Shown here piece by piece: positions 18,387-28,764 of a stretch of 64,000 nt of DNA. Source of the DNA: an uncultured Pseudomonadota bacterium (GTDB taxonomy: Bacteria; Pseudomonadota; Alphaproteobacteria; RF32; CAG-239); assembly GCA_902763155.1 (NCBI GenBank), contig CACWQS010000011.1:1197-65196 (forward strand), in the 5' to 3' direction. The position numbers were made by a program, and so were the translations under genes. Each line of letters begins with the position of its first letter. Positions within the stretch are counted from its first letter, which is position 1. The notes under the pieces are model-generated. The model saw nothing but the letters and a program-made list of their open reading frames with translations, did not search any database and was not told the origin of the DNA.

Positions 18387-18794
18387 TTATAAATTAGCTA
18401 ATTTAGTCCGCAGATTTTTCAAATCTGCTACTGCATCCGTAATCTTCTTCACCGTATCGGCATTAAGTTCAAAACTGTTCGATGTCTCACTCTCAGTTTC
18501 GAAAAAGTCTTTTTGAATCTCGCTGTTATCGCCCAGCAAATTTTTCAACCCTTTTTCTTTAATAAAATGCTGAGCTCCTTCAATGGTATAACGCTTACCA
18601 TAAAGCAGTCCCTTAATCAGTTTCAAAATTTCAACATCATCCGGACGATAGTAGCGCCGACCGCCGGTGGCTTTCATCGGCTTAATTTGACTGAACTTAG
18701 TTTCCCAAAAGCGCAAAACATGCGTCGCAACACCGAGTTCATCAGCAACTTCGGCAATAGTCTTAAACGCAGATTTTGACTTATTCAGCACCAT
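18387..18794 (-). CDS. MerR-family transcriptional regulator
   Basis: N-terminal HTH ([24 protein letters not shown]...[11 protein letters not shown]). Lies directly downstream of ihfA, as in many Alphaproteobacteria. Confidence 0.8.
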   Translation of the reverse strand: MVLNKSKSAFKTIAEVADELGVATHVLRFWETKFSQIKPMKATGGRRYYRPDDVEILKLIKGLLYGKRYTIEGAQHFIKEKGLKNLLGDNSEIQKDFFETESETSNSFELNADTVKKITDAVADLKNLRTKLANL

Positions 18795-18809
18795 AAATAT
18801 TCCTTATCT

Positions 18810-19136
18810 TTAATCTTTTTTCTCAGCGTGCCCTTCTTTAACCGGCATTTTGCCGCAATTAGCGGCTTTACGTAAAATCTGCGACGGCTTAAATGAAATC
18901 ACGGTCCGTGGTGTAATTGTAGCCTCAACGCCGGTCTTCGGATTACGACCGACACGTGCTTTTTTCTGTCTTAATCCAAAAGTCCCAAACGAAGAAATCT
19001 TCACATCATTCCCTGCCACCAACTCATTTCTGATTTCATCAATTATCATATCCAAAACATCACCGGAATCCTTGCGCGACAAACCAATCTCTTCATAAAT
19101 TGCTTCCGTAATATTAACACGCGTAATCGTTTTCAT
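18810..19136 (-). CDS. ihfA: Integration host factor subunit alpha
   Basis: Start moved to Met29 of the track ORF (MKTITRVNITEAIYEE...). DNA-binding arm GRNPKTGVEATITPRTVISFKPS. Confidence 0.85.
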   Translation of the reverse strand: MKTITRVNITEAIYEEIGLSRKDSGDVLDMIIDEIRNELVAGNDVKISSFGTFGLRQKKARVGRNPKTGVEATITPRTVISFKPSQILRKAANCGKMPVKEGHAEKKD

Positions 19137-19237
19137 TTTTCCCTTCCCAGTTAATTCAAATTTTGTTTTAGCATAATACCACATTACAGAAAACAAAACA
19201 GCTTTCCTTAAAGAATTCACAGTTTTTTATATTTTTT

Positions 19238-20353
19238 CTATTTCAAAAGATAATTTCTGATAAAGCGCGGATTTTTTCCTATTCTTGATAACAATTCGTA
19301 GCTGATGGTTCCGGCATCACGTGCCACATCATCAAGCGTATATCCGTCAAAAACAATGTAGCCGTAATTACCGATTTGTAAATTTTCAATTCCCGTTACA
19401 TCGCAGATGATATTATCCATTGAAACCCGACCGATAATTCGCGCCTCTTGCCACTTATTTTTTACCTGAAAAAATACTTTTCCCACATTAGAAAGTGAAC
19501 GCGGCACTCCGTCACCGTATCCTATTGATACAATAGCTATTTTTCGTTCATCTGCCGCCCTGTAAGTGGCAGAATAACCAACAAATTGTCCTTTTTTCAG
19601 TTCTGTGATTTGCAATATCGGTGCCTTCAAAGTAATCACATTTTCCATCTGATTTTGCCGATACGGAGCCGTATTTATGCCATACATCGCCGCCCCCAAA
19701 CGTACCATATTGCAACAAAAATCTTTACCTAAAAACGCCCCGTCAGAAGCAGAAAGTGATGCCGGAATGCCGGCAAAATATCTGTATCTGAGTTTATTAA
19801 ACGTTTCCAACTGATATTGATTCATAAAATGATCTTTTTCATCAGCACAAGCCAAATGGCTGATAACCATATCAAACATTTTCAAATCGGCTTTGCTTAA
19901 CTTACGCAAATCTTCTTCCCTAAATCCCAAACGATTCAGTCCTGATTCTATCTGAATTACCGGTCTTACTCCTTTTATTTGGTGTTTTTTCCAAAAATCC
20001 AACATCTCCGGCGAACTGATAACCGGTGTCAAATTATACTTTTCAAACAGCTCGATGCTGTCTTCACCAATACCTTGCAAAACATTGATTTTAGCTCCGG
20101 GAACTTGTGGCGCTATTTTTGCTCCTTCCACGGCATGAGCTACCCAAAAATCATAACAATTTGCCCCTTCATATAAAGTTTTTGCCACCACCGCCGCATC
20201 TAAACCGTAAGCATCGTCTTTAACCACCGCCGAAGGTATTGCCGGCGCAATCACTTCGCATAACATTTTATAATTATCAAGCAATCGATTTAAGTTGATT
20301 TCCAATACCGGTCGCGTATTTATATGCAAATTTGTTCTTGTAAAAATACTCAT
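19238..20353 (-). CDS. alr: Alanine racemase
   Basis: 371 aa with the PLP-lysine region AVVKDDAYGLD. The C-terminal beta domain has GYGDG and VSMD motifs. Confidence 0.85.
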   Translation of the reverse strand: MSIFTRTNLHINTRPVLEINLNRLLDNYKMLCEVIAPAIPSAVVKDDAYGLDAAVVAKTLYEGANCYDFWVAHAVEGAKIAPQVPGAKINVLQGIGEDSIELFEKYNLTPVISSPEMLDFWKKHQIKGVRPVIQIESGLNRLGFREEDLRKLSKADLKMFDMVISHLACADEKDHFMNQYQLETFNKLRYRYFAGIPASLSASDGAFLGKDFCCNMVRLGAAMYGINTAPYRQNQMENVITLKAPILQITELKKGQFVGYSATYRAADERKIAIVSIGYGDGVPRSLSNVGKVFFQVKNKWQEARIIGRVSMDNIICDVTGIENLQIGNYGYIVFDGYTLDDVARDAGTISYELLSRIGKNPRFIRNYLLK

Positions 20354-20388
20354 AATGATTATTATCTCCGTAAAAAGGAATATTAAAA

Positions 20389-21129
20389 ATGTTGTATGCC
20401 GATTCGCACATTCACTTGCAAGATTATAAAACGCAAGATATTAAAAATATCGTAAATACCGCACAAAAAAACGGCGTATTTGTTTTCGTAAATGCTTCGT
20501 CATACCCGGCTGATTGGTCAAAAATAGCCGAACTTGCCGCTGAATATCCGAATATTATTCCGGCGTTTGGCATTCATCCTTGGTATATTAACGACGTACC
20601 TGAAAATTGGGAACAAAAGCTGAAACAGTATTTAAAAAAATATCCTAAAGCGTGGGTTGGCGAATGTGGCATAGACCGCTTGAAAAATCCGGATATTCAA
20701 GCCCAAATAAAAGTCTTATTACCGCAAACTGAGTTGGCAAAATCTTTGAATCGTCCCTTGATTATTCATTCGGTAAAAGCCGATGATGCAATGCGCGAAA
20801 TTTTTGAAAAACTGCCGCAAAAAACAATTTTTCACTCTTTTACCGGCTCAAGCGAATGGGGCAAACAAATTCAAAAATACGGCTTTTATATCGGTTTGAA
20901 TTTTTCAATTTTACGCAAAAAGAATGCCATCGAGATTGTGAAAAGTCTCGATTCGACGCAAATTTTGCTTGAAACCGACGGGCCGTATCAAAATTTGGAA
21001 AGCAGAACTGAAACCTTGCCGCAAAATCTGCCGAATTTAGCAGAAAAAATTGCTCAAATGTTAAACATCACTCTTAGCGAATTTCAAAGCATTTTGCAGC
21101 AAAACTGGCAAAATTTTATAGGAGAATAA
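20389..21129 (+). CDS. TatD-family metal-dependent hydrolase/DNase
   Basis: 246 aa with DSHIHL at the N-terminus and GECGIDR, IHS and ETDGPY motifs. Confidence 0.85.
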   Translation: MLYADSHIHLQDYKTQDIKNIVNTAQKNGVFVFVNASSYPADWSKIAELAAEYPNIIPAFGIHPWYINDVPENWEQKLKQYLKKYPKAWVGECGIDRLKNPDIQAQIKVLLPQTELAKSLNRPLIIHSVKADDAMREIFEKLPQKTIFHSFTGSSEWGKQIQKYGFYIGLNFSILRKKNAIEIVKSLDSTQILLETDGPYQNLESRTETLPQNLPNLAEKIAQMLNITLSEFQSILQQNWQNFIGE

Positions 21130-21132
21130 AAT

Positions 21133-22347
21133 ATGCAAAACACCCCGAAATCTCTACGTCTCCACATCACTATTTTCGGGCGCACCAATGCCGGAAAATC
21201 CAGCTTTTTAAATTTGCTTACCGGTCAGCAAACCGCCATTACTTCACCTGTTGCCGGCACCACCACCGATGTGGTGGAAAAGGCTCAGGAACTGCCGCCT
21301 TTAGGCCCGGTTTTATGGCTTGATACCGCCGGATATGACGATAATACTTCTCTCTCTGCCGAGCGCTTAAATGCTACCGAAAAAACATTTGCCCGCACCG
21401 ATATTGCTATTTTGGTTTGTGTCGGCGATAATATCGGCGCTAAGGAACAGCAAATTATCGAAAAATTGAAACAGCACAATATTCCATTGATTAAAGTTTA
21501 TAACCAAGCCGATAAATATAAAATTACCCAAACCGACGGCATCGTTGTTAATTCTACCGATACGTCTGAACGCGATAAAATATTAAACGAACTGACTACG
21601 GCTCTGATTAAACTTTGTCCCGAAGATTATATCAGCACCCGCCCCCTTTTGGGCGACTTATTGCCCCCGAATAGCACGACCGTAATGATTATTCCCATTG
21701 ATTATGAAGCTCCGAAAGGGCGCCTGATTTTACCGCAAGTAATGGCGATTCGTGATTGCCTCGACCACGAGCAAAATATCCTTATTGTCAAAGAAGATAA
21801 TTATACCGCAACTTTGCAAAACCTCAAAACTCCTCCGGCGCTTGTTGTATGCGATTCGCAAGTCGTCGATAAAATGGTGGCGCAAACTCCACCTGATATT
21901 CCTTGCACAACGTTTTCGATTCTTATGGCACGTTTTAAGGGAAATTTAGCCACTATGGTCGAAGGCGCGGCAATAATCAACCATTTACAAGATAATGATA
22001 AGATTCTGATTGCCGAATCTTGCACTCATCATGCTGCCGACGATGATATCGGACGAGTTAAAATTCCTAATTTATTAAGAAATAAAACCGGCAAAAATCT
22101 GCAAATTGATTACGTCAGCGGCTGTGATTTTGCTACCAATTTAGCCGATTACAAATTGGTTATCCAATGCGGCGGTTGTATGGTTAATCGTAGGCAAATT
22201 TTATCTCGCATCCAGCAGTGCCAATCTGCCGGAGTTGCCATCACCAACTACGGTGTTTGTATATCAGAACTTAAAGGTGTTCTTGAACGCGTCCTCTCAC
22301 CATTTCCGAACATTTTGCAAATATATCAAAAAACTAAAAACTTATAA
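21133..22347 (+). CDS. hydF: [FeFe]-hydrogenase H-cluster maturation GTPase
   Basis: G-domain (GRTNAGKSS, DTAGYDD, NQADK) plus PIDxxAPKGRLILPQV and the C-terminal cluster motif ESCTHH...GRVKIP...IQCGGC. Colinear with Thermotoga HydF as I recall it. Confidence 0.85.
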   Translation: MQNTPKSLRLHITIFGRTNAGKSSFLNLLTGQQTAITSPVAGTTTDVVEKAQELPPLGPVLWLDTAGYDDNTSLSAERLNATEKTFARTDIAILVCVGDNIGAKEQQIIEKLKQHNIPLIKVYNQADKYKITQTDGIVVNSTDTSERDKILNELTTALIKLCPEDYISTRPLLGDLLPPNSTTVMIIPIDYEAPKGRLILPQVMAIRDCLDHEQNILIVKEDNYTATLQNLKTPPALVVCDSQVVDKMVAQTPPDIPCTTFSILMARFKGNLATMVEGAAIINHLQDNDKILIAESCTHHAADDDIGRVKIPNLLRNKTGKNLQIDYVSGCDFATNLADYKLVIQCGGCMVNRRQILSRIQQCQSAGVAITNYGVCISELKGVLERVLSPFPNILQIYQKTKNL

Positions 22348-22389
22348 CAAAAAATCCGTTGAATTTACTATATTTCAACGGATTTTTTA
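22348..22389. terminator. Bidirectional intrinsic terminator between hydF and the tatA-like gene
   Basis: AAAATCCGTTGAA (22351-22363) pairs with TTCAACGGATTTT (22374-22386), flanked by A-run and T-run. Confidence 0.8.
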
Positions 22390-22391
22390 CT

Positions 22392-22778
22392 TTATCTTTT
22401 TTCCAAGTCAACCTTGTCATCTTTGGTAGGCTCATTTGGTGTCGGCATTTCAATTATCTTACTTTCTCCTTTTTCCGACTTATTCTTTTTCACCGTTTTC
22501 TTATTCTCATGCTCTTGCACAATAGCTCCCATATATTCCAGCGATTCGGCTATTTCTTCCGGTGTATTTTCCTCTGCTTCGACCTCAACTTGCGCATTTT
22601 TTTTTGTTTCAATATCAGCCTTAACTTTTTGAATCTTGTCTTTAGCTAATTTTGACCCCTCTTTGGCAGCAACCACACTATCCTTAAATTTTTCCTCTAG
22701 CAACTGCCGTAAAGCCGGCAATTTCTCAGCATTAAAAATTGCTAAAACAACAATAATTACTAATAACCATTCAAACAT
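22392..22778 (-). CDS. TatA/TatB-family twin-arginine translocase component, atypical (hinge Gly replaced) with long charged tail
   Basis: N-terminal TM plus FNAEKLP..EEKFK, resembling the TatA F-G-x-x-KLP...F-K signature. Position after nagZ fits alphaproteobacterial synteny. Confidence 0.45.
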   Translation of the reverse strand: MFEWLLVIIVVLAIFNAEKLPALRQLLEEKFKDSVVAAKEGSKLAKDKIQKVKADIETKKNAQVEVEAEENTPEEIAESLEYMGAIVQEHENKKTVKKNKSEKGESKIIEMPTPNEPTKDDKVDLEKR

Positions 22779-22791
22779 TTATTCGCTCCTT

Positions 22792-23847
22792 TTATTGTTT
22801 GCGCAACTTATTTAAAATTTCCGTCGCATCATATTCGTAATTGTAAGATATAATATTTTTTACGCCGCGACAATATTTATTTTGCAAATTTTCATAATTA
22901 ACTTTAGACAACGGCTTTTTGATAATTGTAAAAATTTTTTCCAAACGTTCAAGCGTATCATCTTTCATCTTTATCTTACTGTTGCAAATTTCTATATTTG
23001 CCGCAAAATCAGCATTTCCCAAACAAACCACATCACAACCGGCTTCAACACATCTCTCTGCCCGCTCGGCAATCCTCCCTTTCAATGCTTGCATCACTAT
23101 GGCATCAGAAACCAAAAGCCCCTTAAATCCGATATTTTTTCTGATTATTTCGCTAATCACTTTTTCGGAAAATGTTGTCGGATTTTCGGCATCTACCGCT
23201 TTAAGCACAATATGCGCCGCCATTCCCATCGGAGCATCTGCCAACTGTTTAAAGGGATAAAAATCTTTTTCTAAAGTTTTCAAATCTTCCTCTATTACCG
23301 GTAATTGCAAATGCGGATCCGCCCTTCCTCTGCCATGCCCCGGCAGATGCTTAATACACGGACAAACTCCGCATTTTTCATAGGTATCAACCATTACCCG
23401 CCCCAATAAAGCAACCTCCTGCTCATCAGAGCTAAAACAACGCCCTTTTAATACCGCATTAGTATAGTCATATTCCACATCTAAAACAGGTGCAAAATTA
23501 ACATTGATACCGCAATTTTTTAAATCTCTGCTAATCAGCTTTGCATGACAAGTTGCTTTTTCTTTAGTATCAATCACAGATTGCGAAGCCACCGCTGTCC
23601 ATTCCGGTTCGGGCAATCGTCGCACCCGTCCGCCCTCTTGGTCAACCGCAATAAGCACATCTTCACGACCTATGGTTTCTTTGATTTGCTTAACTAAATT
23701 TTGTAATTGAATCTTATTTTCAACATTTGCACACCCAATAGCAAACAAACAGACACCTAACGGATTATATTCTGCAAACAACCTTTTTTCTGCATCTGTG
23801 AGCTCTGTCCCCTGAACCGATAAAAATGCCGGTAAAATCGCCTTCAT
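22792..23847 (-). CDS. nagZ: Beta-N-acetylhexosaminidase (GH3)
   Basis: 351 aa with DQEGGRVRRL and KHLPGHGRG motifs. Confidence 0.85.
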   Translation of the reverse strand: MKAILPAFLSVQGTELTDAEKRLFAEYNPLGVCLFAIGCANVENKIQLQNLVKQIKETIGREDVLIAVDQEGGRVRRLPEPEWTAVASQSVIDTKEKATCHAKLISRDLKNCGINVNFAPVLDVEYDYTNAVLKGRCFSSDEQEVALLGRVMVDTYEKCGVCPCIKHLPGHGRGRADPHLQLPVIEEDLKTLEKDFYPFKQLADAPMGMAAHIVLKAVDAENPTTFSEKVISEIIRKNIGFKGLLVSDAIVMQALKGRIAERAERCVEAGCDVVCLGNADFAANIEICNSKIKMKDDTLERLEKIFTIIKKPLSKVNYENLQNKYCRGVKNIISYNYEYDATEILNKLRKQ

Positions 23848-23849
23848 TT

Positions 23850-24725
23850 TTAGCGTTCCTTAACAATACAATCATTCAGTCCCTTAGCTTTAAGTGAAGC
23901 GCAAACCTTGGCTGCTGCATCACGCGTGGCAAAAGCACCTGCACGCAACCGATAAAAAATACCTTGCGCCCCTAAGTCAGAAGTCTGAACTTCATGAGAA
24001 TATTGCTGTAAATCTTTATATTTATTTGATAGATCTTGCCACGTCTTTTCTACCGATGCCTTATTTCTGGAAGCAATCAACTGAATTTGCCACTTTCCAT
24101 CATTAGCCGGCTCAGCAACTTTTTCTACCGTTTTTGCTTCTTCTTTTACGATAGGTTTGATTGCCGCTTCAACCTTTTTTTCCACCTCTGTCGTTTCTTT
24201 AGCTTTTGTTTCTAAAACATCTTTAGGTTTTTCCGGTACCGCCGCTCTTTCTTCTTTTGTTTCAGTCGGGGCTGCCACTTCTTCCACTATCTCATCTAAA
24301 TTTGCCGCATTTTCATCAATATCAGCTACTTCTGGAACAATATCCGGCAATTTAGGTTGTTCCGGCGTAGGTAATAAGTTTTCTATTACCGTATTATCTA
24401 CGCTTTTCTTTTCAACAATATTATAAACATCTTTATCTTGATTAGGAATTTCCATTCCACCTGGATTCTCCGGTTTTATCTTGACCGCGGCTTGCGGACG
24501 TTTTATTACCGGAATATCTTTATTGTGTTCGGCATACTGCGGAGAGAGAATAAACCAACCGACAACCACTGCCAAAGCAATACCGGCGAAAGTACCGAGA
24601 AAATTATTGCGAGAACGAGCCAGTTCCGAACGTCGTTCCTCTATTGTCGCAATTTTTTGACGTGCCACCTTTTGCTTAAATTCATCTAAATAGTCATCAT
24701 TCCTATTGAAAAAATCTTGATACAT
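23850..24725 (-). CDS. SPOR domain-containing membrane protein
   Basis: One TM, a Pro/Glu/Lys-rich linker and a C-terminal SPOR domain (WQIQLIASRNKASVEKTW...YRLRAGAFATRDAAAKVCASLK). Confidence 0.75.
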   Translation of the reverse strand: MYQDFFNRNDDYLDEFKQKVARQKIATIEERRSELARSRNNFLGTFAGIALAVVVGWFILSPQYAEHNKDIPVIKRPQAAVKIKPENPGGMEIPNQDKDVYNIVEKKSVDNTVIENLLPTPEQPKLPDIVPEVADIDENAANLDEIVEEVAAPTETKEERAAVPEKPKDVLETKAKETTEVEKKVEAAIKPIVKEEAKTVEKVAEPANDGKWQIQLIASRNKASVEKTWQDLSNKYKDLQQYSHEVQTSDLGAQGIFYRLRAGAFATRDAAAKVCASLKAKGLNDCIVKER

Positions 24726-24854
24726 ATTAATTTCCTCGCTCTGCCAAATATACTGTATTTATACCAAACAATGTTTTAAAATAGCTTAACATAATAAAAA
24801 AAATCTTTAATTTTCCAAAAATATCTATATAGTTAAAACACAAAGGAAACAAAA

Positions 24855-25652
24855 ATGAAAATAGCCACACTTAATATTAACTCTATCAATGCCCGTCTGG
24901 GAGATTTGTGTGTATGGCTAAACACCAATAAACCGGATATTCTGTTGTTGCAGGAAATTAAAACAGAGTTTAACAATTTTCCGTTCTGGGATTTGCAAAT
25001 GGCTGGATATGAGGCTAAAATATTAGGCCAAAAGGGCTATAACGGTGTCGCAATTTTAAGCAAAACCCCTATAACAGTCGTTCAAGAAAATTTACCGAAT
25101 TTTACTGACGAAAACGCTCGTTATTTGGAAGTCGAAACCACTATTAAAAATCAAAAATGTACTTTTGCTTCCATATATCTGCCAAATGGCAATCCACCCC
25201 AAAATGCTCCTAATGACACCTCTCGTTTTGAATATAAACTCAAATGGATTGATGCTTTTTTAAGCCATGCTGAAAATTTACTGAAAAAAGAAAAAAATGT
25301 AATTTTAGGTGGTGATTTTAATATAATGCTAACACCACGTGATGTCTATAATCCCGACCTTTTCAAAGATAGTCCATTATATCGACAAGAGGTATGGAAC
25401 CGCTTAAATAAGCTGATGTTTATAGGTTATACCGATGCCTTTCGCGCCCTATACCCGCAAAATAACGGTTACACATATTGGGACTATGGACCGACTGCCT
25501 TTGCCAACGATTTGGGATTACGTATAGATTACATATTTCTCTCCCCTAATATGGCAGATTATTTAACCGATTGCTTTGTAGATCGCCAATTACGCTCTAA
25601 AGATAAATCATCTGATCACACAGTTTTAACCGCAAAATTTAAGGATAAATAA
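24855..25652 (+). CDS. xthA: Exodeoxyribonuclease III
   Basis: 265 aa with LLLQEIK, GYNGVAILS, GDFN and SDHTVL motifs. Confidence 0.9.
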   Translation: MKIATLNINSINARLGDLCVWLNTNKPDILLLQEIKTEFNNFPFWDLQMAGYEAKILGQKGYNGVAILSKTPITVVQENLPNFTDENARYLEVETTIKNQKCTFASIYLPNGNPPQNAPNDTSRFEYKLKWIDAFLSHAENLLKKEKNVILGGDFNIMLTPRDVYNPDLFKDSPLYRQEVWNRLNKLMFIGYTDAFRALYPQNNGYTYWDYGPTAFANDLGLRIDYIFLSPNMADYLTDCFVDRQLRSKDKSSDHTVLTAKFKDK

Positions 25653-26722
25653 TGAAAAAATTTTTATTAACTTTCGCTTTATGTTTTTATACTTTCACCG
25701 CCCAAGCTATGAAAGTTAATGCCGACTTAATTAACGAAATGCTGATAACGTTAGATACCAAACACCTATTCATAGTTGATAATGTTAAGACAATTACTGC
25801 CGGACTACAAATTTTACACGATTTGGATTCCCGTTTTGTCGTTTCTGCCGGCACAGACCGCATCTATATTTACCACGATGGTAAAATCACTGCCATTATA
25901 CCTTTTCCTAAGGATTTGAATGACACCAAAACATGGAGCAAAAATATCGCTTCCACTCTTAAAGCCGCCGGCAAAATGAGCGAAAAAATTGCTCTGCGCG
26001 ATTTCGAATTGCCGGATTTAATAATGAAAAAAATGACTGAGAGCCTAGATAATTATTCCCGCTACTACTCACAATTTGACTACCGTGAGGACGAAAAACA
26101 CAACGATTTTTACACTCTGTATGCAGACCGTATGATTGATGACGATATCTTATATTTGCGTGTGCGCACATTTAATAAACAAACCGCACGAAAAATCAGA
26201 CGTTCTCTTAAAGAAAATACTCAAGCCAAAGCCGTTATTTTAGATTTACGCGGCAACAGTGGTGGTATTTTCAATGAAGCTCTTTTAACCGCAGATTTAT
26301 TCACTGAAGGAGAAATTATCTCCTACACCGCCGGACGTGATAATGATGATAAAAATTATTATACATCAGGCGAAAAATCTATATTTCAAGGAAACTTAGT
26401 AATTTTGGTAGACGGAGATACCGCTTCGGCAGCTGAAGTTTTAGCCGCCGGTTTGCAAGAACAGTCACGTGCAACGATTATTGGCACCCACACCTTCGGC
26501 AAGGGCACAATTCAAGATATTTTCAAATTGAGCAATGAGGGAACAGTTGTGCTGACAACACACCAATTTTTCACACCTTCCGGTAAAGCTATCAATAAAC
26601 GCGGCGTAAAACCGGATATTTGCACCGAATACGACAGGTATGATAAGTGCGCCAAAGAACCGCGCGCCGATAAAGAAGAAGATATTATAACTGCCGTAGA
26701 TTATTTACACGAAACAATGTAA
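25652..26722 (+). CDS. S41-family (C-terminal processing) peptidase, secreted
   Basis: Signal peptide, then LDLRGNSGGI and VDGDTASAAEVLAAGLQE...GTHTFGKGTIQ motifs. The start overlaps the xthA stop. Confidence 0.75.
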   Translation: MKKFLLTFALCFYTFTAQAMKVNADLINEMLITLDTKHLFIVDNVKTITAGLQILHDLDSRFVVSAGTDRIYIYHDGKITAIIPFPKDLNDTKTWSKNIASTLKAAGKMSEKIALRDFELPDLIMKKMTESLDNYSRYYSQFDYREDEKHNDFYTLYADRMIDDDILYLRVRTFNKQTARKIRRSLKENTQAKAVILDLRGNSGGIFNEALLTADLFTEGEIISYTAGRDNDDKNYYTSGEKSIFQGNLVILVDGDTASAAEVLAAGLQEQSRATIIGTHTFGKGTIQDIFKLSNEGTVVLTTHQFFTPSGKAINKRGVKPDICTEYDRYDKCAKEPRADKEEDIITAVDYLHETM

Positions 26723-26724
26723 TT

Positions 26725-27558
26725 TTATTTAGCTAAATCACGCATCATTTTTATCTCGTTGGCATAACCGGCTAAATCATTCGGCGTTTCCAGTATAATC
26801 GGCAGATTTTTCACCGTCTCAAAATTAACAAACCGCGCTAACGCTTTTAAGCCGATTTTCCCCTCGCCTATTTTTGCATGCCTATCTTTATGCGAGGCAA
26901 ACGGCATTAAACTATCATTCAAATGCACCGCTTTCAGGCGCCCTAAGCCGATAATCTTATCAAACTGCGTCATCACACCATCTAAATTATTGACAATATC
27001 ATATCCGGCGGCAAACACATGGCATGTATCCATACAAACACCTAACTTGTCTTTCAGCTTAACGCCATCTATAATCTCCGCCAATTCTTCAAAACGGCAA
27101 CCTACTTCCGAACCCTTGCCAGACATTGTTTCCAACAAAACCATCGTTGTCTGCTCCGAGTGCAAAATTCGGTTTAATAAATCGACAATCATTCTGATTC
27201 CAATATCTGCACCTTGCCCAACATGCGAACCGGGATGAAAATTATAGTAATTATGCGGCACATATTCCATACGCCTTAAATCATCGGCAAAAACCATTTC
27301 CGCAAATTCTCGCGTTTTTTCGTTATCGGAACACGGATTAAGCGTATATGGCGCATGCGCCACAATCTTGGCAAAATTGTTTTCCTTGGCAAATTCATTG
27401 TATTTTGTCGCATCTGTCGCATCTATATCTTTGGCTTTTCCGCCTTGCGGATTACGCGTAAAAAACTGAAACGTATCAGCTTCGATAGACTTTGCCTCTT
27501 TACCGATATGCTCAAACCCTTTGGAAATTGATAAATGGCATCCGATATGCAACATCAA
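26725..27558 (-). CDS. nfo: Endonuclease IV (AP endonuclease)
   Basis: 277 aa with [29 protein letters not shown] and HLNDS metal-ligand motifs. Confidence 0.9.
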   Translation of the reverse strand: MMLHIGCHLSISKGFEHIGKEAKSIEADTFQFFTRNPQGGKAKDIDATDATKYNEFAKENNFAKIVAHAPYTLNPCSDNEKTREFAEMVFADDLRRMEYVPHNYYNFHPGSHVGQGADIGIRMIVDLLNRILHSEQTTMVLLETMSGKGSEVGCRFEELAEIIDGVKLKDKLGVCMDTCHVFAAGYDIVNNLDGVMTQFDKIIGLGRLKAVHLNDSLMPFASHKDRHAKIGEGKIGLKALARFVNFETVKNLPIILETPNDLAGYANEIKMMRDLAK

Positions 27559-27564
27559 AAGTCC

Positions 27565-28275
27565 TTAATCTTCCAAAAAGTAATCAATCGTAGCCACTAC
27601 ACGCACTTTTTTATTGATTTGCGTCGGTTCGTAAGCATTTGGATCATCTCGCGATTGGATAGAAAATACCCCTTGATTTGCCGTATGAATCTTCCCCACC
27701 TTGCTACCGCTGTTTTGTGCAAATTCGTATGCTGCCTGACGCGCATTTTCCGTTGCTTCTTTGAGCATTTGCGGTTTAACTTCGTTCAACTTTGTAAAGA
27801 AATATGCCGCCGATTGCTCCTCTAAAACAATGTTCTGCGCAATTAAAGCACTGGTCTGCGACAAAGCATCGGCCACCTTATCAACATTATCGGTTCTGAC
27901 CGTAACCGCTTGTTTCAAAATAAAACGCGAGGTACTTGCCGCTGTATTATCCCGATACGGATTCGCCATCAAATCATTGGTTTCGAGCGGTCCTTCTGTA
28001 ATTTCTTCATCACTAAAACCTTGTTTTTGCATAAATGCAACGGTCTTTTTTACCTGTTTGGCTATTTCTTGCTGAATCTCCTGCAGATTATTACCGCTCA
28101 CCACTATTTTCAGATTCCAAATCGCCAAATCAGCCTTTACATTCTTTTCAGCTAATCCCTTAACCATCACCGAACGATAATCAGCGTGTGTCTGATAATA
28201 GTAATACCCCGGAAAAAATCCGCCGACAGCCACACCCAAAGCTAATACTAATGCCGGAATAAATTTATTTTCCAT
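27565..28275 (-). CDS. SIMPL (DUF541) domain periplasmic protein
   Basis: Start moved to MENKF at 28275, preceded by a strong GGGAGG RBS. One N-terminal TM and a SIMPL-like two-lobed layout (recalled). Confidence 0.65.
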   Translation of the reverse strand: MENKFIPALVLALGVAVGGFFPGYYYYQTHADYRSVMVKGLAEKNVKADLAIWNLKIVVSGNNLQEIQQEIAKQVKKTVAFMQKQGFSDEEITEGPLETNDLMANPYRDNTAASTSRFILKQAVTVRTDNVDKVADALSQTSALIAQNIVLEEQSAAYFFTKLNEVKPQMLKEATENARQAAYEFAQNSGSKVGKIHTANQGVFSIQSRDDPNAYEPTQINKKVRVVATIDYFLED

Positions 28276-28370
28276 TTTATCCTCCCTAAAAAATAAACTT
28301 TGCTTTGACAATAAGGATATTTCTTGTTAATCTTCTTTTCAAGAACAAAAAACAAGCTGGTGGAAAAATT

Positions 28371-28712
28371 ATGAGCGAAAGTAACAAAGAGTTGGAAGTA
28401 TTTTCCGCAATTTTGATCGAACAATATATTCGTCTGATGACGACAGCCGTCTATCATCGCTCCGAAAAGCAAATTATCGGCGCCGATTTTAAAATTTCTC
28501 CGGAAAATTATACCCAAATGCTTCAAGACGCATCACAAACATCATTACTCGGTTTAGAACTTACTTATGATGAAAAGCAGAACATCTTACATGCCACCCC
28601 TGATGCCGAATTTCTTGAGGAGTTTGAAAATAACATCATGCGCGATTTTGCTCTAAAATATTACGACGAAAATATGAATCGTTATAAAAATTATATTTTA
28701 CTGCAAGAATAA
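28371..28712 (+). CDS. Hypothetical small cytoplasmic protein
   Basis: 113 aa from ATG 28371 (GGTGGA RBS). No motif recognised. Confidence 0.45.
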   Translation: MSESNKELEVFSAILIEQYIRLMTTAVYHRSEKQIIGADFKISPENYTQMLQDASQTSLLGLELTYDEKQNILHATPDAEFLEEFENNIMRDFALKYYDENMNRYKNYILLQE

Positions 28713-28749
28713 AAAAATCCGCAACACTGAAGATGTTGCGGATTTGCTT
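28711..28749. terminator. Hairpin terminator between convergent genes (best for the minus-strand gene)
   Basis: A 12-bp perfect stem, AAATCCGCAACA (28715-28726) with TGTTGCGGATTT (28734-28745). The A7 run on the left gives a U-tract on the minus transcript. Confidence 0.75.
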
Positions 28750-28764
28750 CTCATAACCAATTAT

